Source: Octopus bimaculoides (taxonomy: Eukaryota). From it: a stretch of DNA of 42,843 bases. The notes under the pieces were generated by a model. That model was not told where the DNA came from and ran no database searches. It was given only the letters and a program-made list of their open reading frames with translations. The stretch covers positions 46,233,202 through 46,276,044 of the forward strand of contig NC_069000.1 of NCBI RefSeq assembly GCF_001194135.2, written 5' to 3'. The position numbers and the translations under genes were made by a program. Positions 24,021 to 34,932 of the stretch are shown here, piece after piece. Within the stretch, counting starts at the first letter, position 1, and every line of letters begins with the position of its first letter.

Positions 24021-24657
24021 TGCTACACTTTCACACTTGACACTGAAATATTTTATTCCTAATAAGGCAAACCAAACGACAGACAACAGCAGCAACAACA
24101 ACATTAACAACAACTACTGCTACTCTATTTCCCCCTCTACTNNNNNNNNNNATGATGACGACGACGACGACGACGATGATGATGATGATGATAATGATGA
24201 CGATGATGATGGATGTGATAGTGGTGGCGCCGGTTAAAGTGGTGTGGAGGTAGTAGCGATGATGGTGGTGGTGGTGGTGGTGGTGGCAGTGGTGCTAATG
24301 GCGTTAATATTCATCATCATGATAATGATGATAGCAATATTGACGATGATGAAAACGACGACGATGATGATGATGACGAGGAGGAGGAGGAGGGGGAGAT
24401 GATGGTAACGATGGATGGCGGCAATTATGAAGCAACTACGCAATGCCAATCTGGTGTTTAATCTGGTCTTCATTCTTCTCGTCTGTTATCCAGCATCCAT
24501 GCTGGATTCTCAAAAAAGTGTCCTGAAAAACCAGTTTGGGCGAAACATTGTGGTAAACATTAAGCGTTCTACATCAAATACTCTCTCAACATTGCAACCA
24601 GTATTGCAATCTTTATTTGTTGCATATTTGGCTGGAATAAGCAAACTTATCTGTACA

Positions 24658-24729
<72 letters not shown>

Positions 24730-25579
24730 TGTCTGTCTGTCTGTCTGTCTGTGTTCATGTATCCACCCACGTCTAAAAACTGATTCATCGTGTACATGTC
24801 AATTAACGTAAGATGCATTTCATCTCAGTCTTGCTTTGGTTCACCTGTGAGGCCTGGCAGCCTGTTAAACATCAACAACTTAAATAGGTGGCGCTATCAG
24901 TTAACAACCACCACCACCACCACCACTAACAACAACAACAACAACAACAACAACGAACTACAACTAAATAAAGCACCGATAACGTACAGTCATTCCGTTC
25001 CCATGATGCATCGGAAAGAACAGGTGTGGCATTTTGATAAGTGCTGATAGCATTACCGGTGTCTAAATGCTGCATTTACAGGTGGATAATCCAACTTCCT
25101 GTAACTGACATCCGGAATTCGTCTAAGAATGACGACCAAAGTGTTTTGAAGTTGCTCAACTTATAAACTATAGATAGAAATGGTTTTTCGATTTTCGCTT
25201 TACTTTTCCTTGTTAACTTTGGTAAATAACTATCCATGTCTAAATATGCTGCCACCATAGAAACGACCGTTCGCTAATATATGGTGCAATCGTCAATTAA
25301 AGATATGGTTTTCTCCATTTCTGGTCATGTTGGGAATTACTCCGAATTTCTTGAAATTCATCTGAGCGATATTTGGATCTACCTGTCACACATCTGGAAT
25401 TACCTTGGATGGTAATTCTACTTGAATTTATTGGTATCTGATTGCTTGATATAATTAACCAAGTTCACTTAACGCTGAGTGTTTTATAAGATATCGGCCC
25501 GGAGTTATAAATCCTCTTTACGTTTTATTTCACATACATGCATATATACATTTAAATGTGTGTGTGTGTGTGTGTGTAA

Positions 25580-25870
25580 CATGATGTAATGAGTTCGATT
25601 CCCGGACCAGGCTACGTGTTGTCTTCTTGAGCAAGACACTTTATTTCACGTTGCTCCAGTTCACTCAATTGTAGATCTGAGTTGCGACGTCACTGGTGCC
25701 AAGCTGTATCGGCCCCTTTGCCTTTCTATTGAATAACATCAGTAACATGAATAAGGGAGGCTGGTATGCATGGGCGACTGCTGGTCTTCCATAAACAAAC
25801 TTTCTCGGACTTGTGCCTCGGACGGGAACTTTCTAAGTGCAATCCCATGTTCATTAATGACCAAAGGGGG
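25580..25870 (+). mobile_element. SINE family B, near full length
   Basis: gagttcgattcccgg (B-box), cttgagcaagacactttatttcacgttgctccagttcactca, followed by a ~200-bp body. Confidence 0.8.
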
Positions 25871-25997
25871 GTGTCTTTACCCTTTTTATATGTATATATG
25901 CATGGCTGGCTGGATGTATGGTTATATAACAGGTATGTATAAATGTAAGTGTTTATGTATACGTTATATGCAGTGTGTGTATATCCGTGCGACAATA

Positions 25998-26185
25998 CAG
26001 TAATCCTTCGACTATCGCAGGTGTTACGTTCCAAAACCTCCCACAGAAATATTTAAAATCTAAAAGAATATGAAAATACCTATCACCCGCAGAAACATGC
26101 GATATACTGAGGAGTCCGCGATATAAATTTACATATATTAGCCAGAAAAATACCCGATGTACTGAGAGCGCGATAGGTGAACTTC
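25998..26185 (+). mobile_element. Tigger/pogo-like non-autonomous DNA transposon, one end only
   Basis: TA|cagtaatccttcgactatcgcaggtgttacgttcc start and recurring cgcgata(ggtgaa) subterminal motifs; opposite terminal repeat not found. Confidence 0.55.
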
Positions 26186-26572
26186 TTACCGCATAACCAC
26201 GCCTGCGCAACGGTTAAAATATATAAAACCTCCGCCAGAGATAGCAGCTAAATCCTCCTCAAATTACACCTTACCATTAATGGATAATAATATAGTTGCG
26301 ATGGTCACATCTGTAACGTCTTTGATCGCGTATATATGTTGAATTGAGATTGATTTTTGTACTGAACAAATGTGAAATTTACCAAAAGTTTATCCTTTAT
26401 TTTGGTCTAAATTTTATGTAGTCGGAATTCACCAATTCTTGGAAGTTCTTTTGAAAATAGAGATGAAATAACTGGTCGGTGGAAGCTTCAAAGCAAATTT
26501 TAAAGACACTGTAGGAACTCAAATTAATTGTAATACCAATGATTACATCCTACAAACATAGAGATACATTTA

Positions 26573-26627
<55 letters not shown>

Positions 26628-26999
26628 NNNNNNNNNNNNNNNNNNNNNNNNNNNNNNNNNNNNNNNNNNNNNNNNNNNNNNNNNNNNNNNNNNNNNNNNN
26701 NNNNNNNNNNNNNNNNNNNNNNNNNNNNNNNNNNNNNNNNNNNNNNNNNNNNNNNNNNNNNNNNNNNNNNNNNNNNNNNNNNNNNNNNNNNNNNNNNNNN
26801 NNNNNNNNNNNNNNNNNNNNNNNNNNNNNNNNNNNNNNNNNNNNNNNNNNNNNNNNNNNNNNNNNNNNNNNNNNNNNNNNNNNNNNNNNNNNNNNNNNNN
26901 NNNNNNNNNNNNNNNNNNNNNNNNNNNNNNNNNNNNNNNNNNNNNNNNNCCGGGCAAAATATCTAAGGATTTTCTACTGCATCCTGTATGTGTGTGTAT

Positions 27000-27033
<34 letters not shown>

Positions 27034-27114
27034 TGATAGATAGATAGATAGACAAATAGATAGATAGATATGCATATCCCTGTATAAATATCTGTGTGTG
27101 TGTATATTCAGACA

Positions 27115-27290
27115 CAGAATGTGACACGGCTGGCTCTGTGAAATACAAGTACAACTCACTTTTGACAGCTGAGTGGACTGGAGCAAAGTGAAATAAAGTG
27201 TCTTGCTCAAGGACACAACGCATCGCCGGGAATTGATCTCACAACCTTACGATCGTGAGCCGAATGCTCTAACTACTGAGCCACACGCCT
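27115..27290 (-). mobile_element. SINE family B
   Basis: Reverse complement: ggctcagtagttagagcattcggc..gagatcaattcccggcg..gtccttgagcaagacactttatttcac. Confidence 0.85.
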
Positions 27291-27894
27291 TCAATATATA
27301 TATATCTACACACGCGCACACCACACATACACACACGCGCACACCACACATACACACACGCGCACACACGCGCACACACGCGCGCACACCTTTCCTTTAC
27401 AACTTTACAATCGATCAGACGTCCGATCACAATAAACATAAAAGCACCAATCAAGAAGGGAATTGACATTAACACACACATGTACACACATAAACACACA
27501 CATGTATGCACACATAAGTACACACATATGTATACATAGGCATAAACACATCACATACATACATAATCACACACACGTACATACATAAAGACAGACAGAT
27601 ATATATATATATATATATATANNNNNNNNNNNNNNNNNNNNNNNNNNNNNNNNNNNNNNNNNNNNNNNNNNNNNNNNNNNNNNNNNNNNNNNNNNNNNNN
27701 NNNNNNNNNNNNNNNNNNNNNNNNNNNNNNNNNNNNNNNNNNNNNNNNNNNNNNNNNNNNNNNNNNNNNNNNNNNNNNNNNNNNNNNNNNNNNNNNNNNN
27801 NNNNNNNNNNNNNNNNNNNNNNNNNNNNNNNNNNNNNNNNNNNNNNNNNNNNNNNNNNNNNNNNNNNNNNNNNNNNNNNNNNNNNNNNNNNNNN

Positions 27895-27924
<30 letters not shown>

Positions 27925-27926
<2 letters not shown>

Positions 27927-28092
27927 ATTTTTTTTCTCCGTGTTTTTCTCCTTGTCTCCGTATTCTTTCTGTTGAAGAGCGTAGCTCGAAACGTCAAAGA
28001 CTTTCCGTATTCCCGAGCGTCATACTAATATATACTTTTGTTATTTACACCACCTGTCCTCGTCTGTTATTATTTTTTGTATATTCTCCGAT
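27925..28092 (+). mobile_element. Penelope-type pseudo-LTR fragment carrying a hammerhead motif
   Basis: T-rich flanks around the motif at 27964-28000; layout matches Penelope pLTRs (inference). Confidence 0.55.
27964..28000 (+). ncRNA. Minimal type I hammerhead ribozyme-like motif (A6U core variant)
   Basis: Stem I tcttt/aaaga, core CTGTTGA+A, stem II gagc-gta-gctc, GAAAC, palindromic ACGT stem III, GTC cleavage triplet (predicted cut after 27995). Confidence 0.65.
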
Positions 28093-28571
28093 ATATATAC
28101 ACATACATACATAAACGTGCATATAAATACACGCAGGTATATATGACCACAACACACATGCATCTCTTAGAATATCGTTTCCTCTGTTTAACCCTGGTCT
28201 TTGATAGTTCCAGTTAACCAATGTATGTCCCGCTCGGTATTAAAGGAGGGGTTTTAAATCGTGTGTGTGGTCCCACAGCCAGGCAATTACTTCAAGAACT
28301 TCGACTGGTTTAGGGGTCTTCAGAGATTAAGATTAAATACGACAGGTGGCGTTAGCTAAGGGGTCATTGAGTTCACCGCTCCTTCGGAAGAATTTTTTGT
28401 TAATAAATTTGTTTTATTATCGTCTCTGGAGAATAACGAGTCGGCTGCCGGGAAGAATTCTGGTTAGACAGAAAGTTCTGTTGACAGTTTGGAGATTGGA
28501 CGAAATGAAAGAGAGGAGCGAAGAATTATCTTGTCTTTGCTTCGTACTAATACAGCTACACTACATGTCTA

Positions 28572-28620
28572 TACCCCTGAGGAGGGGTCTGTGTGTGGCC
28601 CCTCGACATACAGAAGGGTA
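28572..28620 (+). ncRNA. Degenerate hammerhead-like motif
   Basis: Stem I taccc/gggta, exact CTGAGGA, 6-bp stem II ggggtc/ggcccc; GAAA and the NUH triplet are not intact (gaca, gaa). Confidence 0.3.
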
Positions 28621-28989
28621 ACGTATTTACTGAACGATCCAACAATGGAGACTCTACGGGACTGATCGAACTGCTAGAAACAGCAGCTAAATTTACCTCC
28701 AATCCCATCATGTCTATAAATATCAGTTATATAAACGCAGCGTTGTTTTTAATCACTTCTTCCCAAAAGGAGCGATATTGCCCCTCTGATGGCGGTGGAA
28801 AGAACCAGGCGAACGCCGAAGAAAAGTGGGGTCAGATAATGGAGTGGCCAAAAGGAGACGGTGGATGTAAAAGCAACAAAATAATGGATTAATTAGGTTA
28901 AAGTTTATTTGTGAAAAACCGTCTGGAAAAAGTGGTCTACGTTTGTGATGGTGAAGGGGTGGGTGGGGCTAGGAATGTGGCCCCGATGC

Positions 28990-29027
28990 TAAGGGGGCGG
29001 CAGCCCGAAGAAGTTTGGGAATCACTG
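28990..29027 (-). mobile_element. hAT (Charlie-like) terminal inverted repeat
   Basis: Reverse complement cagtgattcccaaacttcttcgggctgccgcc resembles the CAGTGxTTCCCAAAC ends of Charlie-type hATs; partner end not identified. Confidence 0.45.
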
Positions 29028-29118
29028 GTTTAAATAAACGTGTACATTGAAAATTATGTACAATATGTTTGATGGACGTATATTTAGTCTGGCTGCGAAC
29101 TATAAGCACTGACTGTGT

Positions 29119-29190
29119 ATATAATAAGTCTTATATAATAAGTCTTATATAATAAGTCTTATATAATAAGTCTTATATAATAAGTCTTAT
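29119..29190. repeat. 14-bp tandem repeat, 5 copies
   Basis: (ttatataataagtc)n, with ataataagtc at 29121, 29135, 29149, 29163 and 29177. Confidence 0.95.
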
Positions 29191-29444
29191 ATATACATCT
29201 AAGGCTGCATGTCTGCATCTACATACATATGTATATCTATGTATATATATATGAATTCCTCTAAGTAGGTATGTATATATGAATATGTGAATGCGTGCAT
29301 GTATATATAAATATATGCAATCGATACGTAAACATATCCACACATGCACGTGCGCACAGGTACTTACACATAAACGCTCACACGCATACAGACATGTATA
29401 CGTATGCATGCATACACACACATCTATACATACATATACACACA

Positions 29445-29486
<42 letters not shown>

Positions 29487-29612
29487 CACACATGCCCCCA
29501 CACATGGACAGAGGGGAATGGTCGTTGCAGCAAGGAATTTGGTCTACAAGGTGTGGATTGATGGTGAGTGATGTTTCACCTGCCACAGAATTATCAACAC
29601 TCCTCTCCCTCC

Positions 29613-29649
<37 letters not shown>

Positions 29650-30642
29650 GTACATATTTTTGCACATGGGTATTAGCTTATGCTTGTATGTACGTGTGTG
29701 TATATACGTGTGTGTACGTGTGTGTACGTGTGTATGTATATACGTATTGACTTTCCTTTTGCTTGTGCAATTAAAGTATGACGTGCGTAAATATATATAT
29801 ATATCTATATATATATATATATATTTATATATATGTATGTATGTATATATCTTGGCAATGTTTATTTAAGACCAAGTTTCTTCGATTCCTGCGCCATCAA
29901 AGATTACAATCAAAGCGAAGTAAAATGAAGAACGCAACAGATTTGGATCTGTTTTGATAAGGATATTTTCGAATATATTTTGGAACAATACAGGNNNNNN
30001 NNNNNNNNNNNNNNNNNNNNNNNNNNNNNNNNNNNNNNNNNNNNNNNNNNNNNNNNNNNNNNNNNNNNNNNNNNNNNNNNNNNNNNNNNNNNNNNNNNNN
30101 NNNNNNNNNNNNNNNNNNNNNNNNNNNNNNNNNNNNNNNNNNNNNNNNNNNNNNNNNNNNNNNNNNNNNNNNNNNNNNNNNNNNNNNNNNNNNNNNNNNN
30201 NNNNNNNNNNNNNNNNNNNNNNNNNNNNNNNNNNNNNNNNNNNNNNNNNNNNNNNNNNNNNNNNNNNNNNNNNNNNNNNNNNNNNNNNNNNNNNNNNNNN
30301 NNNNNNNNNNNNNNNNNNNNNNNNNNNNNNNNNNNNNNNNNNNNNNNNNNNNNNNNNNNNNNNNNNNNNNNNNNNNNNNNNNNNNNNNNNNNNNNNNNNN
30401 NNNNNNNNNNNNNNNNNNNNNNNNNNNNNNNNNNNNNNNNNNNNNNNNNNNNNNNNNNNNNNNNNNNNNNNNNNNNNNNNNNNNNNNNNNNNNNNNNNNN
30501 NNNNNNNNNNNNNNNNNNNNNNNNNNNNNNNNNNNNNNNNNNNNNNNNNNNNNNNNNNNNNNNNNNNNNNNNNNNNNNNNNNNNNNNNNNNNNNNNNNNN
30601 NNNNNNNNNNNNNNNNNNNNNNATATATATATATATATATAT

Positions 30643-30795
30643 CAAGAATACAAAAATGGGACAAGAACACAAAACATCCAGACAGTTAGATGATACAAAA
30701 AAGGGGCAAGAAAAAGAAGGACGGGTCATTCGGAGTTTTCTTTTGTCAGTCGAGTTCCAGATTTTCTTTGCAGTTTCAGTTGGTTATACTCGTGA
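30643..30795 (-). mobile_element. Possible Penelope-type pLTR fragment
   Basis: Minus strand has ctgacaaaagaaaactccgaatgacccgtc followed by a T-rich tract, a layout like 27925-28092, but the ribozyme core is poor. Confidence 0.25.
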
Positions 30796-30883
30796 GAGCT
30801 TTCTCTTTTAAATTCAAAGAGAGACAATGTTTATCGATATCTAAATCCAGTGTTGTACCTATACGTATGTTCATATACAGATA

Positions 30884-30945
30884 TATCTTTTATCTTTCAC
30901 TGGTTTCAACCAGAAGTTGGGACCATGCTGGAAGGCCGCCTTTCA
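30884..30945 (-). mobile_element. SINE family A 3' tail
   Basis: Reverse complement ggcggccttccagcatggtccc..tgaaaccagtgaaagataaaagata. Confidence 0.7.
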
Positions 30946-31224
30946 ATATGTCTGAATTTGTTTTCTGTACTGTTTCTGGTGAAGTAGTGAGTTGGACAGA
31001 GCTGCTCTTGTTTCGTGATGTGGGTTCATCTGGTATCTCAGATAAAACTTTGTCCACACGCAGAATGTTCAATGATTGAGGACCTTTGAAATCCTTTCGC
31101 ATAAGTATGAATTAGTATGGGACAGTAATATTGGTTTGTTGCTTTTTAATGTTAGTTAAATAGAAAGGCAGTTCTATGGCTCTCGGCAGATTATCATATT
31201 CATTGTATTTTAACAGGGAAAAGG

Positions 31225-31312
31225 TTGATAGCGACTTCGAAATCTCAAGTTAGTAACTTTCGCCTGTCTGTCTGACGGAAGCCACTGGACCGAAACTTCG
31301 AAGTAACTTGCA
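31225..31312. ncRNA. Second cassette of divergent hammerhead-like motifs (degenerate)
   Basis: Starts ggttgatagcgacttcgaaat (cf. ggttgacagtgacttcgaaat at 19605). Plus strand CTGACGGaagccactggacc GAAAC ttcgaa GTA (31272-31305). Minus strand caggcga aagtt-act-aactt gaga tttcgaa GTC. Confidence 0.45.
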
Positions 31313-31321
31313 AAGATCTAT

Positions 31322-31364
<43 letters not shown>

Positions 31365-31405
31365 CATATATATACATATAGGGAAGTGATACAATNNNNN
31401 NNNNN

Positions 31406-31453
<48 letters not shown>

Positions 31454-31863
31454 GCAAGTATGTAAATATGTATGTATAAATGTATATAGGTATGTATATA
31501 TTATACATGCATATACGTATGTATGTGTGTATGTATCTGGTATCACTTCCCTGTCATCTCCCACCACTCCTCCCCGACCATCCCTGCCACTCCGTCACTA
31601 TCTGTTACCTCTTGTCTGGCTACTATTACATATTGTTGATGATAATTACATACCACTGCGAAACCTGAGCTCTTTTACCGCGGCAATGTTGTGTTTACTG
31701 GGTGGAGGTGAGGCGGGTGGTGGGGGTGAGGGGGTTGTTAATACTGTCTGTAACATGAACGACAACAACAACAACAGCAATAGCAACAAAAACAGTAACA
31801 ACAATACGTACAACATTGCTGTACACTGAAACGCACGTACACATACATGCATGTGTGTGTTTA

Positions 31864-31926
<63 letters not shown>

Positions 31927-33293
31927 ATAGGTGTATGTCTGTGAGTGTTTATGCATATATATACACAGGCAGACATACACACACATACATATGTATGTGT
32001 ATATATANNNNNNNNNNNNNNNNNNNNNNNNNNNNNNNNNNNNNNNNNNNNNNNNNNNNNNNNNNNNNNNNNNNNNNNNNNNNNNNNNNNNNNNNNNNNN
32101 NNNNNNNNNNNNNNNNNNNNNNNNNNNNNNNNNNNNNNNNNNNNNNNNNNNNNNNNNNNNNNNNNNNNNNNNNNNNNNNNNNNNNNNNNNNNNNNNNNNN
32201 NNNNNNNNNNNNNNNNNNNNNNNNNNNNNNNNNNNNNNNNNNNNNNNNNNNNNNNNNNNNNNNNNNNNNNNNNNNNNNNNNNNNNNNNNNNNNNNNNNNN
32301 NNNNNNNNNNNNNNNNNNNNNNNNNNNNNNNNNNNNNNNNNNNNNNNNNNNNNNNNNNNNNNNNNNNNNNNNNNNNNNNNNNNNNNNNNNNNNNNNNNNN
32401 NNNNNNNNNNNNNNNNNNNNNNNNNNNNNNNNNNNNNNNNNNNNNNNNNNNNNNNNNNNNNNNNNNNNNNNNNNNNNNNNNNNNNNNNNNNNNNNNNNNN
32501 NNNNNNNNNNNNNNNNNNNNNNNNNNNNNNNNNNNNNNNNNNNNNNNNNNNNNNNNNNNNNNNNNNNNNNNNNNNNNNNNNNNNNNNNNNNNNNNNNNNN
32601 NNNNNNNNNNNNNNNNNNNNNNNNNNNNNNNNNNNNNNNNNNNNNNNNNNNNNNNNNNNNNNNNNNNNNNNNNNNNNNNNNNNNNNNNNNNNNNNNNNNN
32701 NNNNNNNNNNNNNNNNNNNNNNNNNNNNNNNNNNNNNNNNNNNNNNNNNNNNNNNNNNNNNNNNNNNNNNNNNNNNNNNNNNNNNNNTGTGGAGAAAATG
32801 AAGGTGATGGTGATGATGATGGTGGCGGGTGAGGATGGGGATGCTGCTGATGATGGCTGTGGTGGTGGTGGTCGTCGTCGTGATGATGATGATGATGATG
32901 ATGTTCATCATCATCGTCATCATCATCATCATGACGACGACGTCGATGATGGCTAAAAGTTATAAGCAGCATGTTTATTCGTCTGATCCCCTCCGTCCGA
33001 ATATATCTCTTGCACCCTGAATCATGGAAGAGGATCGACTGAAGAGGATCGTCTCACAACACTTGTGCCAAGTGAAACATATCGGTGAGGTGGATCGATG
33101 GGGTGGGAGTTTGGCCCACGTTGTTATAGCTGGCTCTACCCTCACACAAGTATATTTATAAAGATACAAACATTCCCAAGCACACACACACACTCATACG
33201 CACACCAGCACATCGTTATACATGCATACAGAGATAAACAAACATCAACTAACATATATACACACATATATATACACACACGTGTATAATTTT

Positions 33294-33491
33294 AAGGTGA
33301 GACAACGAGAAAAACAACATCACAATCCTAGAAAAACATGAGTAAAAATATTCACAAACACATAATCTTTCATAATCTTTCACACACACACATATATACA
33401 CAGAGCTATGCACACACTCACACACGCACATACACATATACAAGTGTGTAACTCCAAGGTGAGACGACGAGAAAAACCACCTCACAATCCT
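33294..33491. repeat. 36-bp direct repeat, 162 bp apart
   Basis: aaggtgagacaacgagaaaaacaacatcacaatcct (33294-33329) vs aaggtgagacgacgagaaaaaccacctcacaatcct (33456-33491), 3 mismatches. Confidence 0.9.
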
Positions 33492-33599
33492 GTAAGAAAA
33501 TCTGATTTATTTATCATTGTTAAGAATTATTCCAACCTGGGTTTGGTTTTCTGGTAACCTACCAAAATTAGTTAATGACTCTCTGTTACATATATTTAT

Positions 33600-33645
<46 letters not shown>

Positions 33646-34027
33646 TATTAGATCACTGACTATATATGTGTGTGCGTATGTTTGTATAGTGGAGGAAAGT
33701 CACAAATTCTCAGTGTACAATTATAGTTTTGTAATTATTGGTTGGAGATCATGACGGTAGGGTTCCAAAACATCGACCATTTATACAAACTATGATCGTA
33801 AAAATGGTTTTAGATATTGGCCAGCGCAGTTTGTATCTTAGAAGTTAGACCCATCCATTAGACACATTTCGGGCGCTAATTACCATTTGTTTTGATATAA
33901 ACGTATGAATATTAAGACTGTTAATATATTCTATGCAGTAGAAGTAAGGCCCGAAAATTTAAGCTAAACATTAGAATTAGTTAAACTACGTTAGAAACTC
34001 TAAACATAAAAGCGTACAATGATCAAC

Positions 34028-34466
34028 ATATGCTGGTCGCAGCAGAGGACGCCATAGGAGAACTTCTTCCTTTTATTCGACTCTTTGGCGCACGGCATTC
34101 TGGGACGCCGATGTTTCCACGTATTGTGTCTAGTCAGCCTGGACCGGCCCCAAATCAGAACCTAAACGAAGCTGCTGGTTTTGTTTATACTTTCAGTGAA
34201 CAAATTGTTTTCTGATCGGTGCTTATATCTGCGAACCGAAAAAGAAATCCTTAATTGCTCCGCGTACAGCGAGATCTGGAATAATTGTTTGTATATTTAT
34301 TCTTAATAAATCTAAGCAAGTTCAATCGAACAATATGCTGGTCGCTGCAGTGTATGTCACATGAGAATAACTTCTCTCTTTTGCGGCAACAATGTGTTTA
34401 ACACACTTGGCTCATTGGCGCACATTCTGGGACACCTTTGTTTCCACATGTTGCGTCGCGTCAACC
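34028..34466. promoter_or_regulatory. Two paralogous ~112/134-nt unique units with ZNF143(Staf)- and E2F-like motifs
   Basis: Shared blocks atatgctggtcgc(a/t)gcag, tggcgcac, attctgggac(g/a)cc and tgtttccac..ttg.gtc..gtca.cc. Duplication is directly visible; the regulatory role is inference. Confidence 0.4.
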
Positions 34467-34627
34467 AGAATCAACCGGGACAATGGGCTGACTCTTTCTT
34501 CCTTGTTGCTATGATAGCAACAAGATATCTGGTGCTAATAAGGACTGCAGTTTAAGAACTATGGGAGTGTAGTGGTCCTCTAATGGTTTGTTTTTTTCAT
34601 CTCCCTGTAAATTAGCGGTAAATTAGC

Positions 34628-34663
<36 letters not shown>

Positions 34664-34874
34664 NNNNNNNNNNTATACACACATACACATATATGTGGGA
34701 GTGCGTGTGTATATATGTGTGTGCACGTACTCGTCCGTATATACATGTATCCATATATATATCTACATAAATATATATATATTCAAAATTGAATATGGTA
34801 CTTATGTTTAGGCACCAGAATATAGTATGGTATTATCCAAAAACCATTCTAAAAGCAAGGTGATCAAAAAATCA

Positions 34875-34932
34875 AAATAAGCAGCACGGATGTTAAAGAT
34901 TTTAAAATCTTTAAAATCCGTGTTGCTTATTT
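34875..34932. repeat. 58-bp palindrome with no spacer
   Basis: aaataagcagcacggatgttaaagatttt|aaaatctttaaaatccgtgttgcttattt, 2 mismatches in 29 pairs. Confidence 0.9.

Noticed and set aside
24883-24897. aggtggcgc CTCF-like core (also near 28346)
   Set aside because: Only the 3' half of the motif matches.
30890-31102. 70-aa minus-strand ORF MRKDFKGP...
   Set aside because: Its last third is a SINE tail, and the rest has no recognisable homology or good splice sites.
33022-33110. MEEDRLKRIV, resembling the RTE LINE ORF2 C-terminus
   Set aside because: Ten-residue similarity only; flanking motifs (WxGHV, RGRP) are absent.
34020-34150. Y RNA or vault RNA identity for the duplicated unit
   Set aside because: Terminal gctggtc/gaccggc pairing is reminiscent, but the Ro-binding motif, B box and oligo-T terminator are missing and unit 2 does not conform.
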